Source: a virus
DNA length: 55,793 bases
Virus record (IMG/VR): IMGVR_UViG_3300036827_000017
Span: 1 to 55,793 of that record
Direction: 5' to 3' (one strand)
The notes below the pieces were generated by a model. That model was not told the DNA's origin. It ran no database searches and saw only the letters and a list, made by a program, of their open reading frames with translations. The number at the start of each line of letters is the position of its first letter. Within the stretch, counting starts at the first letter, position 1. A program made the position numbers and the translations under genes. Positions 33,609 through 43,687 of the stretch are shown here, in pieces.

Positions 33609-35299
33609 TATTTTGCTCCTGGTACCCCTGGCGTGATATTTGACAGTCCGCGCACATTTTCAATGTCCACCCCGCGCGTAGCTAAATACCGTCTCAATGC
33701 GGGACCAAGAATACGGTACAGACCATAAGCCGAAAGACCAGCGCCTAAACCCGACTGCCCGACCACTGGACCAAGTAGACCACCAGCCGCCATTGCGTAT
33801 TCATACTTCGTGGGAGAACTCATCTTTCGGATTTGTTCCAAGTACTTGTGTCTACCTACGAGTTTAGAAATAGTATCCATGTCCACTCCGAGTGATCTGT
33901 ACCTGCCGAGAAAATCCCTGGCTTGTTGCGCGGAGTCAGAAACGAGCGGGTGCATAATCTGTTGTGCCGTATCGCCTTCAATGGCTTCGGCTAGCGGGGA
34001 GTCATGGAATTTACCTTCACGAAAACTACCTTCCCATCTTTCTAAATAGGCGCGCCATTTTGAATTGCCAGCTTCCCATGCGGATCTAGCTGATGCGTTG
34101 CTCGCAGCATCGTTGAGAACTTCCGTTATCCGCGCGTAACCCTTTACCGCTGCCGTTCGAGCCGCGCCGGTTAGAGAAGCACCCTTTTTCCCAAAAGCGT
34201 AGCGTCCCAAAGCACTGCGCTTTTGCTGCAATTCATCGACATCCCACATTTGCGTTTCTGTCGATGACGATAGAATGGCCTGAGCCTGTGCCTTTGTATA
34301 TCCAAGATCATTTATTAGGGAGTTTTCAATATCCGGCTTGCTGAAACCAGCCTTTCTCAGTTCTGCCGCGTGCAGCGATGCCGATTGTTTATTCAGATTC
34401 AAACTTGCAATTTTCTCGGGTGGCTTATTCGTGAGTTCGTCCAGAACCCCTGGCTTCGCTTCGTCTGTCTTTACAATGTCATTCCAAATTCCACCTAAAT
34501 CCTTAGCCAAGTCAGCCTTTGAGACAACGCCAGCGGGATAGCGTTCTTGCATTTGTTTAACCGCTGTCTGAATCGTTGCCTGCGCGTCATTGTGCGCAGC
34601 CTGTTTAGCGGGAATGAGATACTTGTTCTTAACTTCCAGGGCGTTTAGGTCTTGTGCGGCATCCAGCCGATCCATTGATGGGCCGCGGCCTTCTATTTCC
34701 TTGCCCGCCGTCGCTATCCCCCTGCCAACCGATTTTGCAGTTTCCAAAGGATTTGCCGAGGTTGCCGCTTCCGCTCCCTCTTTCATGCCAAATGCCTGCA
34801 ACGCGGACGAAAGTGCGGTCATTGCGCCGTGCGCTGTCGTGTATGGATCACGAGTCTTGGCTCCACGTACCGCTTCTGGAACTCCGCGTTCAATGCCGCG
34901 GGCCGAACTTTCTATTCCCTGCCCGAGCAAACTAGCGGGTGCCAGTGGTCCCCAAGTCTTGAGATGTTCCAACACATTCCGACCGACTCCACTGCCAAAT
35001 TGGGAGAATGCTGTTTTCTCTGCATCCAAAGTTGACGGTGCTGACTCAACATCGGCAGGATTTACGCCGAGTGATTCGATACCAGCGCGAATTGCTCCCT
35101 GTGCTGCCGAGGGAGCCTGCACCAAAGGCCCACCCGGTCGCTGCTGCATAGTTCCTGGAGACATGGGACTAATCGACTGAGGCTGTGCGAGCGGCTGAGA
35201 AGGAATCGGCATCCACCGACCATTCTTCAGCCCAATCATCTGTCCGGTTTGAGGGTTGCGTCGGACCTTTTCGTATTCCGCGAATTGATCTTCAGCCAT
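33608..35299 (-). CDS. virion-module protein, possible internal/ejection protein (563 aa)
   Basis: size and position between tail genes and fibre-like genes; no motif recognised. Confidence 0.6.
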   Translation of the reverse strand: MAEDQFAEYEKVRRNPQTGQMIGLKNGRWMPIPSQPLAQPQSISPMSPGTMQQRPGGPLVQAPSAAQGAIRAGIESLGVNPADVESAPSTLDAEKTAFSQFGSGVGRNVLEHLKTWGPLAPASLLGQGIESSARGIERGVPEAVRGAKTRDPYTTAHGAMTALSSALQAFGMKEGAEAATSANPLETAKSVGRGIATAGKEIEGRGPSMDRLDAAQDLNALEVKNKYLIPAKQAAHNDAQATIQTAVKQMQERYPAGVVSKADLAKDLGGIWNDIVKTDEAKPGVLDELTNKPPEKIASLNLNKQSASLHAAELRKAGFSKPDIENSLINDLGYTKAQAQAILSSSTETQMWDVDELQQKRSALGRYAFGKKGASLTGAARTAAVKGYARITEVLNDAASNASARSAWEAGNSKWRAYLERWEGSFREGKFHDSPLAEAIEGDTAQQIMHPLVSDSAQQARDFLGRYRSLGVDMDTISKLVGRHKYLEQIRKMSSPTKYEYAMAAGGLLGPVVGQSGLGAGLSAYGLYRILGPALRRYLATRGVDIENVRGLSNITPGVPGAK

Positions 35300-36192
35300 T
35301 ACTTGAGTTCCTCAGTGAATCCATCAGGAGTAGCCATTTGCATTTGCAAGAGTTGTGACTTTTTGTCATCCAGTGTCATCTTGATTTGATCCACGATGGC
35401 CTGTGCGTCGTCCTGACTATACGAAACCCCTCGATACCAATGTTTCATCCTGTCAGCAAGTGCTTGCCTGTAAGCTGTCCCGCCAAATACCTTGTCAGCA
35501 GCGTCCGCAAGCCTCTTACTCGCAATTCCGTTGCTATCGAGATGCGTCGGTATCGTGCTCACGGAGTTGTAGAGAGGTTCAAGGGAAGTTATGTCTTGTT
35601 GAATCTTAGCGGTCGGGTCTTTCCTCAATGGCGGCTGGATACCAAGCTGTTTCATCCTCGTGGCAACTTGCGCCCCAAATTTCCCCGTGGGCATAGCGGC
35701 TTTCCCGCCCGCTACGTCATAAGCGTAGGCATCCACGTTGTCAGTGCCACCCGCACCGCCCTCATGTGGAATTGGAAACTTTGAGAAACTCGGAATTTTC
35801 TCGAATGTCCCGGTTGCCTTGTTCACGCCCCACATATTTCCCTGCGTGTCGGGCCGCATTTCCGTGTAACCAGACTGCGCGAGTTTCTGAGTCCTCGTCT
35901 TTTCAATCTCGTCATTCACAGCCTTCAGCTTTTCCAAATCCCCTTTTTGCAGGTAGTACGCTGCCGCCTGCTGCAAGGAAGAAAATTTCGGCTCGGGTGG
36001 CGCGCCCGGAGCAAGGTTCTGGATGCTGTACACGCCATCCTTGAACGTCACCCCGCCGATTCCACCGCCAGGTAGTTTTTCGATGCCCGCCGCTTGCGGT
36101 TGCTGCATCGTCTTGATGCGTTGCTGAAGTTCCTGAAGCTGGAGCGGACCCATCAAATCGGCGAGCTTCTGCCGCGCCTGCTCCATCGCCAT
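35299..36192 (-). CDS. virion-module protein (297 aa)
   Basis: position only. Confidence 0.6.
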   Translation of the reverse strand: MAMEQARQKLADLMGPLQLQELQQRIKTMQQPQAAGIEKLPGGGIGGVTFKDGVYSIQNLAPGAPPEPKFSSLQQAAAYYLQKGDLEKLKAVNDEIEKTRTQKLAQSGYTEMRPDTQGNMWGVNKATGTFEKIPSFSKFPIPHEGGAGGTDNVDAYAYDVAGGKAAMPTGKFGAQVATRMKQLGIQPPLRKDPTAKIQQDITSLEPLYNSVSTIPTHLDSNGIASKRLADAADKVFGGTAYRQALADRMKHWYRGVSYSQDDAQAIVDQIKMTLDDKKSQLLQMQMATPDGFTEELK

Positions 36193-36272
36193 TGACTGTT
36201 GGCGCGCGCGATAGTCCTGTGCGATGTCTCGGCCTTGCCCTACTTGTGACCCAAAGTCTCCTATGCCACGAC

Positions 36273-36875
36273 CTAGCCAGCCGATGACCCACCTCCTGTG
36301 CCAAATAAATTACTGGGATCACCAAAAACGCCAGTGTTGTCAGGTATCTGATAATCGGACGGTTGCGGCCCGATCGGTGGCCTGTCTGTCCACGATGGAG
36401 TAGCTGATGGACTCCCGCCTTTGAACAGCATGGCGAGCAACGGCGCAAGATTGGAGTTTGGCGGTATCGTGCGCGCAAACTCTGCCGGCAGACCGAGCTT
36501 CTGTAGCACCAGTTGAAGTGCCGCTTGCTGATTATTTTGCTGGAAGGGTGCAAGTGCCTGCGATTCCGCAGTGGCGATCAAGCCCGGTGCCTGCGAAAGC
36601 CCTTGTTCGGCGAGGTTTGCGTTTACGTTGCCAGTTACAGCCTGTACCAAAGCCGCGTTTAACGGCTGCTGGGCACCTGAAACCATCTGTGCAAGCTGCT
36701 GCGGGGTCAAATTGGCGTTCTTCTGCGCCAGGGCTGCCGCTTCGGAGCGTTGCCGATCGGCAGAGAGATTGCCTGCCAATCCCGCGCCAGTTGCCCCGAG
36801 TTCGGCGAGCGTGCTAATGCCCTTGCCAGTGGGACCACTGAAAAATGATCCGATGTTTCCAATCAGTTCGCTCAT
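36273..36875 (-). CDS. virion-module protein, Gly/Ala/Gln-rich (200 aa)
   Basis: position only. Confidence 0.55.
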   Translation of the reverse strand: MSELIGNIGSFFSGPTGKGISTLAELGATGAGLAGNLSADRQRSEAAALAQKNANLTPQQLAQMVSGAQQPLNAALVQAVTGNVNANLAEQGLSQAPGLIATAESQALAPFQQNNQQAALQLVLQKLGLPAEFARTIPPNSNLAPLLAMLFKGGSPSATPSWTDRPPIGPQPSDYQIPDNTGVFGDPSNLFGTGGGSSAG

Positions 36876-36879
36876 TCAT

Positions 36880-37272
36880 TCACCCTGAAAAGCTGTTCAG
36901 AAAATCCGAAAGATTAGGAACTTGGCCCGCTACCGCGGCATTAGTCGGTTGACTATTCGCTGGCGTAAATACCGTTTGGTTTGCGGCCCCCTGCGATCCT
37001 GCCTGACCAAGCGTGCCAGAATTAAGTTGATCCGTAATCAGACGATAAAAGTCTCCCGCTGTTCCGCTAGTTTGTGCCTGCGTATTGGAGTCGGCTGATC
37101 CAATTAATTGCCGTCTCTGCAAAAGTGCATTCGCATCGGGTGGCGTAGGTGTTGGTGCTGTCGGGGTCTTTGGGGATGGCGCACCGCCGCCAGAGTTGGC
37201 GATGCTTTCCCCGATTGACACGCCCGTTCCCGCGAGTCCTGCAATCGCCGCCAATGCTGGTAGCCACGGCAT
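36880..37272 (-). CDS. virion-module protein (130 aa)
   Basis: position only. Confidence 0.55.
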   Translation of the reverse strand: MPWLPALAAIAGLAGTGVSIGESIANSGGGAPSPKTPTAPTPTPPDANALLQRRQLIGSADSNTQAQTSGTAGDFYRLITDQLNSGTLGQAGSQGAANQTVFTPANSQPTNAAVAGQVPNLSDFLNSFSG

Positions 37273-37667
37273 CAGAATCTCCCCGCAAGTTCGGTCGAAC
37301 CTACCAGTGGAACCTGCATATCGTTAATCTGAAACCCGCCCGCGCGCGTGCAAATTGGGATCATGGCCGCTTCCGCATCTCGTTTCGGGTCAATGTACGA
37401 AAAATAGCCTATGAAGCCCATCGCCTTCGCATCCCTCATGCAGTGCCGGAACAGCAGCGCCGTGGTCGTCACCGGGGCACCCTCGGCCACCCGCAGGCGC
37501 ACCAGAAAGATCAATCCGTGACACGGCGCGGCCATCAACATCCCGATAATGCGCTCGTCCTGCTCGGCCACCCAGCAAAACGACTTCATCACAGGCATGG
37601 ATTCGAAGCCTGTCCCAAGGTGCTGAGGCATCGGTTCTTCTTCACGGAGTGTGCGCACGCTGACCAT
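37272..37667 (-). CDS. GNAT-like acetyltransferase candidate (131 aa)
   Basis: IIGMLMAAP...LVRLRVAEGAPVTTTALLFRHCMRDAKAMGF loosely fits GNAT motif A; ATG directly follows a dyad box. Confidence 0.4.
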   Translation of the reverse strand: MVSVRTLREEEPMPQHLGTGFESMPVMKSFCWVAEQDERIIGMLMAAPCHGLIFLVRLRVAEGAPVTTTALLFRHCMRDAKAMGFIGYFSYIDPKRDAEAAMIPICTRAGGFQINDMQVPLVGSTELAGRF

Positions 37668-37680
37668 TATTATTTTAATA
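37668..37680 (-). repeat. 13-bp dyad box
   Basis: exact; in the 17-nt spacer; on the gene strand GGAGA-TATTAAAATAATA-ATG(37667). Confidence 0.9.
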
Positions 37681-37684
37681 TCTC

Positions 37685-40495
37685 CTAAACCGCTGAAACC
37701 GGAACGCCAAACGGACGCGGCTCTACCGCCCAGTCGATCCCATCCAACTCAAGGTGGTCATCCCCGCTGATAATCGCATCGAATCGCAATCCCGTCAGGC
37801 CAATGTCTGCGAACAGGTCGAAATCGCCCTGATTCGATATTTTGTAGTTTACTGAGCTTTTCACGACGCCGCTCTGCCGTATCTGCACGTTGATGACGCT
37901 GTACGGGTCGGTATCCGAGTTCGATCCCGTGCCGCGGACAATCATCTTGCGTGCCCACAATCGCTGACTAGAGTTCTGCGAGGCTACCGTCACCGTCCGC
38001 AGCGACCATGCCACTTCCTGATTCGCTATGATGTCACCCGTGTACCACTGAATATCGCCCGCCTGCCAGCGTTGCAGGCATCCATCGCTGAACCCGCCGA
38101 GAATAGTCAACGGATTCGAAGTAACCGGCTGAACCTGGGCCATGCAGCCAATCGCAAATGGCAGGTCCACGGGCGCGGCCCACGCCTTGAGCACCAAATC
38201 GTAGGCCATCATGCGCGTCAATTGTCCGTTGCTGTTTCCGATCGGCATGGCGAAGGCGTACATCGGTGGATTCGCCGTCTGCGCGGCCCAGCTTAGAGGC
38301 AGATAATTCGCATCAGCAACCACAATATCGCGTGCGTCAAAATCATTAACCGGGAATAGATAAGGTCGAATCTGCTCACTAATCACCTCGTCGCGGAAGC
38401 CGTTGAACACGGCGATTCCTAAATGTGAATAGCGCATCAGTCCGTAGCCGGGTACGAACGTGATTGAGCGCGGCGCGAGGCATCCCATGTCCGATGAAAC
38501 CGGCTGGATAGCGAAATTGTTGGCTCCGAATACTCCGATGATCTGGTAGGGCACACGGTACTTGAAGGCAATGAGCGAGCCTTCGGGGGGAATGCCCTGC
38601 GCGGTGATGGTGAACTTGCCCAGTCCCATGCCTTCTGCGCCATCGTCTTTGTCGAGAAATGCCTGATTGACGGGATTCCAAGCATTCGGGTTATTCGTGT
38701 TCGACATGCGGAGGGCGCAGGGTCCATCAAGGCCGTTCGCTGTGTTGGTGGGAGAGGTATTGAGCACCCACAGGGAACCCGCATACACCTCGATGTGCCC
38801 TGCGCCGGGGGGTGGGGGAGCCGCGGAGTTGAGAAGCGCAGTCACGGTCCAGATGACGGTGCCATCGGAAAACTGGTCGCCAATCGTCGAATCCCATGTC
38901 GGCTCGACTGTTCCAGATACGCCCTGCTGCGTGGCTGTGAGGTAGACATTCGGAGTTGGCTGCGTGAGCGGCACGATGATGTCGCCAACCGAGTAGGCCG
39001 TCGATGCTGTCCAGACCGGGTAGGCTGGCGTGAACGTGCTGATAATCGGCGTCGTGGACACTGTGAATGTGCCCGTAGAAGCCCCGCCGCTCGCGTTGAC
39101 ATTACGAATCACGAAACTTCCCCCTGCTCCGGGAGTTACCGCAACCACGGGGAATACGCCGTTGTAGGTCGAATCGGTCATCCCCGAAAGAATCACATTT
39201 GAACCTACGGGAAGATTCGCAGTCGTGATCGTTACGCTGCCAGCGACCGTCACAGTGACTTGATCCCCGGAAACTGCTACCGAGGCAATCGCTCCCGCGA
39301 AAGCCGGATTGACCGGACTTCCAGACGCATCGGAATACATCTGCGGAGCGAACCCATTCCCGAGCGCGATGATCACTCGATTGGTGAACTGCTTCATCTG
39401 CGGCAGTGGGCCGACCAGACCTTGAACGCCTCCTGCTGGTGTCGAATTTCCCTGTCCACTGATTCCCGGTCCAGTCGTGCCGGTGCCACCGCTGCCACCT
39501 GTAGGCACTTGCCCGAGCATAGACAGCGATGCTGGAAAATTCGCCACGATGTTCGCATTGGAGTAGCTTACTGGAATTGAACCGAGCGGCATCTTGAACA
39601 GCACAGTCTGCTGTGTGGTATCGGCGCCAGGTGGCAATGCACCGCTGGTTAATGAGCCTCCGGTTCCCACCGTTCCCATTGCATACGGTCCAAACGCGGG
39701 AGAATCAATCCTGTAACTTGTGGGAGAAAAAATAACGCTCACCGTCACAGGCACATTCCATGCGGAGATAGAATTTCCGGCAACATTCAGAATTTGCCCC
39801 AAATAAAGACTCGCCGGAGACGCCAGCGTAACGTATGCAAAATTGTCGAAATCTGCCGGTGTCGTGATGTCTGTGATCGGATAGCCGCCACCTGGGAACA
39901 GGGTTGCACTGCCGTTATCTATGAAAGTGACTGTTCCGGTAAAAGGATTCGGCTGAATTACTGGCAGTCCGGTTGCGATCAAAAGAACTTCGGTCCCTGT
40001 GGTTGTCGAGCGATAGACGTTGTAGCCAAACGCATTGGGCACAGTGTTCCAGACGAGCGTGTTGGAAAGATTCCCTCCCGATGGCGTTCCAGTAATTTCA
40101 TTTGATGGCATCGTTTCCCCGCCCACGCCATCAATCGCTGTAATCTTGTAAAAATACTGTGTTCCTGAAACGAGACTGCCGCCCGTCGATGGAGTTGCCG
40201 AAACAGCAAATGGTGAACCAAGGCCATTCGTTTTAGAGCCTGCAACCACAAGGTAGTAGGGATTCACTCCAGTAGGCTCATATAAAAACAAGGACATAAA
40301 GCGGCGTTCCGTAGTTTGTACCGCACCGCCAAACCAGTTGATGATCCCCGAGCCATCGCACGGCGTCAGCGCACCGCGCTCCATGAGCACAAGATTCGAC
40401 CCGCGCGGAAACGATCCCTTCGGCTGCGAGAGCGGCTGATTCGAGGCGACTAGGCCTTTCAGAAAAGGCCCTTGGCTGATCGGCTGGTACGTCAT
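37685..40495 (-). CDS. large tail/virion structural protein (936 aa)
   Basis: size and position; Fn3-like segment NTLVWNTVPNAFGYNVYRS. Confidence 0.7.
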   Translation of the reverse strand: MTYQPISQGPFLKGLVASNQPLSQPKGSFPRGSNLVLMERGALTPCDGSGIINWFGGAVQTTERRFMSLFLYEPTGVNPYYLVVAGSKTNGLGSPFAVSATPSTGGSLVSGTQYFYKITAIDGVGGETMPSNEITGTPSGGNLSNTLVWNTVPNAFGYNVYRSTTTGTEVLLIATGLPVIQPNPFTGTVTFIDNGSATLFPGGGYPITDITTPADFDNFAYVTLASPASLYLGQILNVAGNSISAWNVPVTVSVIFSPTSYRIDSPAFGPYAMGTVGTGGSLTSGALPPGADTTQQTVLFKMPLGSIPVSYSNANIVANFPASLSMLGQVPTGGSGGTGTTGPGISGQGNSTPAGGVQGLVGPLPQMKQFTNRVIIALGNGFAPQMYSDASGSPVNPAFAGAIASVAVSGDQVTVTVAGSVTITTANLPVGSNVILSGMTDSTYNGVFPVVAVTPGAGGSFVIRNVNASGGASTGTFTVSTTPIISTFTPAYPVWTASTAYSVGDIIVPLTQPTPNVYLTATQQGVSGTVEPTWDSTIGDQFSDGTVIWTVTALLNSAAPPPPGAGHIEVYAGSLWVLNTSPTNTANGLDGPCALRMSNTNNPNAWNPVNQAFLDKDDGAEGMGLGKFTITAQGIPPEGSLIAFKYRVPYQIIGVFGANNFAIQPVSSDMGCLAPRSITFVPGYGLMRYSHLGIAVFNGFRDEVISEQIRPYLFPVNDFDARDIVVADANYLPLSWAAQTANPPMYAFAMPIGNSNGQLTRMMAYDLVLKAWAAPVDLPFAIGCMAQVQPVTSNPLTILGGFSDGCLQRWQAGDIQWYTGDIIANQEVAWSLRTVTVASQNSSQRLWARKMIVRGTGSNSDTDPYSVINVQIRQSGVVKSSVNYKISNQGDFDLFADIGLTGLRFDAIISGDDHLELDGIDWAVEPRPFGVPVSAV

Positions 40496-41754
40496 GGCAC
40501 TATGATCCCGCCAGCGATATCTCCGTAATAGACAAGTGGACTACCGCCCGGTCCTCCCACTTGACGCCTTCGCATAACCCCTTTGTTCACGTTCGACCAT
40601 GCCTTGATCTGCTTCTCCATGTCCTGCTGGAACGCGCTCATCGACTGCATATCGTGCTCGACAATCTTCGCGCGCCCTGCGATGTACTGGACAAGAAGCT
40701 GGTCCCATCCCGAACTGATCGGCAACACCGAAAGCGATTGCCCCGGTGAAAACGTCTGCGAGGACTGCCGTTTCCCCATCCAAGCGATATTGCACTCGAT
40801 GGCGGTTTCTCCGTCCGTGTGCGCGATGGCCGATGTCCCGCCAAGCCCGCGGATCAGGCCCGTCAGCGTGCTTCCGCTGATAGTGGCGTAAGCCATGATT
40901 TCCGAGCCGATGGACACGAACCCGAATGGCAGTGTGAAAGCGGCGTTTGCGAGCGTCAGCGTGGTCGCTGTGGCGCTTAGTGACCCTACCAGCGTTGTGC
41001 TGATCGAAGTTCGCGCTGGCTGAGGGTACACTTCCAGAATTGCGCGTCCTGAGTTCACGGAAATGTGTGCTTTTGACAACACTTGACTGGTAATTGAGTT
41101 CCGGCGCCAGAAGTATCCCGGATCGCCACCTTCCATCCAATAACCGTCGTACCAAATGGCCGTAATCGCGTTCCACGTTCCCGGTATCTGATAGAGCGGC
41201 TGGTTTATGACGCTGCCGATCGCCGAATAGTCCTGAAACCCACCTGTGTTCCGGGCGATGAGTTCCATGCCAGCGTTGAGCCAGCGATAAATCGCTCCTG
41301 CGGATATGAAACCGCCATCAGAATCGGGGAGCCATGCGGTCGGGCGCGTTGGTGGGGATCCCGCGAGCGTGGGTGGCGCGAGAATCGTGAACGGCGATGT
41401 CGCCGATTCCACGTACTGCGCTTCGCTGCCGGAAACGCCGTTCGCCTGTGTCAGATACGCTCTTATTTTAATAGCACTGACCTGCAAGGCCGAAGTGATC
41501 TGAATGCCATTGGTCGGCGCAACTGTAAGTTGTATAGATTCCGTCGATGGCAGCGTCTCGCCCCACTGGTTAAGCTGTGTCACTTCGACGAAATAGGTGC
41601 CTGCCGCGAGCGTGCCCGTACCGGGAGCAACGACAGTCGGTGCCGCCACAGGCGCAGGCAGCGAACTGGGCATGTCAGGTACGGTTTCGCGTGCCTGAAT
41701 CAGTACGTCGCCGACCAGCGACCCGCTAAACAGCGCAATGGGAGTGGTTGCCAT
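40492..41754 (-). CDS. virion structural protein (420 aa)
   Basis: position; 4-nt overlap with downstream gene. Confidence 0.65.
   Translation of the reverse strand: MATTPIALFSGSLVGDVLIQARETVPDMPSSLPAPVAAPTVVAPGTGTLAAGTYFVEVTQLNQWGETLPSTESIQLTVAPTNGIQITSALQVSAIKIRAYLTQANGVSGSEAQYVESATSPFTILAPPTLAGSPPTRPTAWLPDSDGGFISAGAIYRWLNAGMELIARNTGGFQDYSAIGSVINQPLYQIPGTWNAITAIWYDGYWMEGGDPGYFWRRNSITSQVLSKAHISVNSGRAILEVYPQPARTSISTTLVGSLSATATTLTLANAAFTLPFGFVSIGSEIMAYATISGSTLTGLIRGLGGTSAIAHTDGETAIECNIAWMGKRQSSQTFSPGQSLSVLPISSGWDQLLVQYIAGRAKIVEHDMQSMSAFQQDMEKQIKAWSNVNKGVMRRRQVGGPGGSPLVYYGDIAGGIIVP
41461..41473 (-). repeat. near-copy of dyad box (12/13, TCTTATTTTAATA)
   Basis: inside 40492..41754 (AIKIR); lies in the longest box-free stretch. 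Confidence 0.4.
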
Positions 41755-41755
41755 G

Positions 41756-42373
41756 TTAGACGGCTATCTCTGCCCAAGTAAACCCAGCAAGTACGCTACA
41801 CGCTCCGACAAGGGAGTCGAGCGTTAACATCTGCCCAGGCGGGATGATGATTGCCCCGCCAACGTCGTCTTTCGTGTAAATCATCGCTACTGGTGTTCCG
41901 CCAGTGACCCAATCGACGCCCATGATCGGGCGTATGCTGACCGGAGCCGCACCGAGAGTTCCGCTCGCCCCGACTTTGGCTACCCCGCCAGCGTTTCCGA
42001 CAATCGCCGCTGTTGGGCCTACCGAATTGCCTGCCGTGAGTGCCACGATCGCGGCATAGCCGAGCCGGGGAGTTGTGACGGCAGCTACGGCAGCGGCAAT
42101 CGCAATTGAGACATCTAAGATCACTAGATTTTTCCCTGAGTTGGCTGGATTGGAAACCGCAAGGCCGGTGAACGTGGTCGAGTTGACTGAAAGCGCCTGC
42201 GCCGCCGAGTGCGAAGCGGAGAATACAAGGCCGTTGTAGGCAAGCTGGTAGTAACGTGCCATCACTTCCGAAACGAGCGATTCCCCGAGGTTCCCCTGTG
42301 AAAATTGAGCATTGACACCAGTCGCCAGCTTGGGAAGCTGTAATCCTACCTGTCCTTGTATGTTAAGAGCCAT
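41756..42373 (-). CDS. virion structural protein (205 aa)
   Basis: position. Confidence 0.6.
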   Translation of the reverse strand: MALNIQGQVGLQLPKLATGVNAQFSQGNLGESLVSEVMARYYQLAYNGLVFSASHSAAQALSVNSTTFTGLAVSNPANSGKNLVILDVSIAIAAAVAAVTTPRLGYAAIVALTAGNSVGPTAAIVGNAGGVAKVGASGTLGAAPVSIRPIMGVDWVTGGTPVAMIYTKDDVGGAIIIPPGQMLTLDSLVGACSVLAGFTWAEIAV

Positions 42374-42719
42374 TTACGTGTTCTCCTATGTCCTCAGCTT
42401 CATACTCTTCCACGTTTATTCCCAGGTCCGCGAGCGCCAATTCGAGTGCTTGTACTCTGACTCGCAGGAAGATAATCTCATCGTCAATCACCGCAGGTAA
42501 CTGAGATTCGGATAGCATCCCGCTAATTAGGCTGAAACTATAATCACCCGAAGTTGCCACGATCGCGCCTGTGCGCCCGAATACGCTTGTAACCGTTACA
42601 TCGGCAGAGATGGTAACCTTGCCTCCCGCACTTCCACTCAGTGTCACGTTCGAACCAGCATCCAGGTCCAGCACTGTCTGGTTCGGATTGTTGACCCCGT
42701 TGGTTCGTAGTACGGTCAT
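42363..42719 (-). CDS. hypothetical head/tail-joining-region protein (118 aa)
   Basis: position. Confidence 0.55.
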   Translation of the reverse strand: MTVLRTNGVNNPNQTVLDLDAGSNVTLSGSAGGKVTISADVTVTSVFGRTGAIVATSGDYSFSLISGMLSESQLPAVIDDEIIFLRVRVQALELALADLGINVEEYEAEDIGEHVNGS

Positions 42720-42908
42720 CTAGCGCCTCGCGCTCTTTCTCGATGTCTTGCGGTACGCGCCAGCCGCGCGCGCCACCTGCCGCGCCCGCTCCGCATCCCG
42801 GTCGTCCGTTATTCCTAAGGTTCGCTTTGGGTCCGGGTCCATAGGGGTAGAGATATTCCGAAAGGGAGTCGAATCGTCTGCCTTCTTGTAGAAATCGTTA
42901 TCGGACAT
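42720..42908 (-). CDS. hypothetical protein (62 aa)
   Basis: ORF after a 241-nt gap. Confidence 0.5.
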   Translation of the reverse strand: MSDNDFYKKADDSTPFRNISTPMDPDPKRTLGITDDRDAERARQVARAAGAYRKTSRKSARR

Positions 42909-43149
42909 TTCTACCCCTAAAACTCTCGTAAGTGATGCTACTTATAGGCCAAATCTCATATAATCCAAATCTGAAAATGACATTCATCCAAAGCCACATA
43001 GGGACAAAACTTCTCTTCCTTCCCAAGCGGACAAGATCATCAACCGGAAATGATTGCCTCATTTTCATGTCCTAAACTGGTACGAGCCGAACCCGGCATT
43101 AACTGCCAAGCCCGGCTCGCTGCCGACCAGTGGAGAATTGTTTCCCGCC

Positions 43150-43656
43150 TCAGATGAGGCCGAAGATCTCAACGTCCATCGTGCAGGCTGGCCCTGTGCC
43201 GCCCAGCGTTGGAATGACCTTGATGCACTGCATCCCGCCGTTTCCAGTGACCGCGCTGGCGCTGCCAATCAAATACCCGACTGCCCCGCCGCTGGTGGTC
43301 GATGGCGCCGTATCGCAGATGAAGTCGGCAATCAAGTCAGCCCAACTCGTCGAGGACAGCGTAACCGCCGTGCCAAAGTTCCAGTCGGCAATCACGACGC
43401 TGTTCGTGCCGTCGTAGCCCATGATCTGCACCTTCGTCAGCGTCGGAGATGTGCCGCTGCCGTTGTAGACCTTCACGCGCACTCGGCCTACCGTGACGGT
43501 GGGCACCAGCAGCCCGGCCACGCTGTTCGAAGATGTGCCGGGAACGTAGTAGGTCGTCCCCGAACTGACGGCAATCCCGGTGGCGCGTTGGATGGATTGC
43601 AGTGAGGAGACACCAAATCCGGGGAATGTGCGCTCTAAACTGACATTGATTGCCAT
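43150..43656 (-). CDS. hypothetical capsid-associated protein (168 aa)
   Basis: immediately downstream of the capsid candidate. Confidence 0.55.
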   Translation of the reverse strand: MAINVSLERTFPGFGVSSLQSIQRATGIAVSSGTTYYVPGTSSNSVAGLLVPTVTVGRVRVKVYNGSGTSPTLTKVQIMGYDGTNSVVIADWNFGTAVTLSSTSWADLIADFICDTAPSTTSGGAVGYLIGSASAVTGNGGMQCIKVIPTLGGTGPACTMDVEIFGLI

Positions 43657-43687
43657 GAAACTCTCCTTGTCCTGCTACTGAATCTCG

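Noticed and set aside
43083-43119. Hairpin CGAGCCG...CGGCTCG after gene 43150..43656 as an intrinsic terminator
   Set aside because: The stem is only 7 bp with a large loop and no U tract follows on the transcribed strand, so it was not called as a feature.
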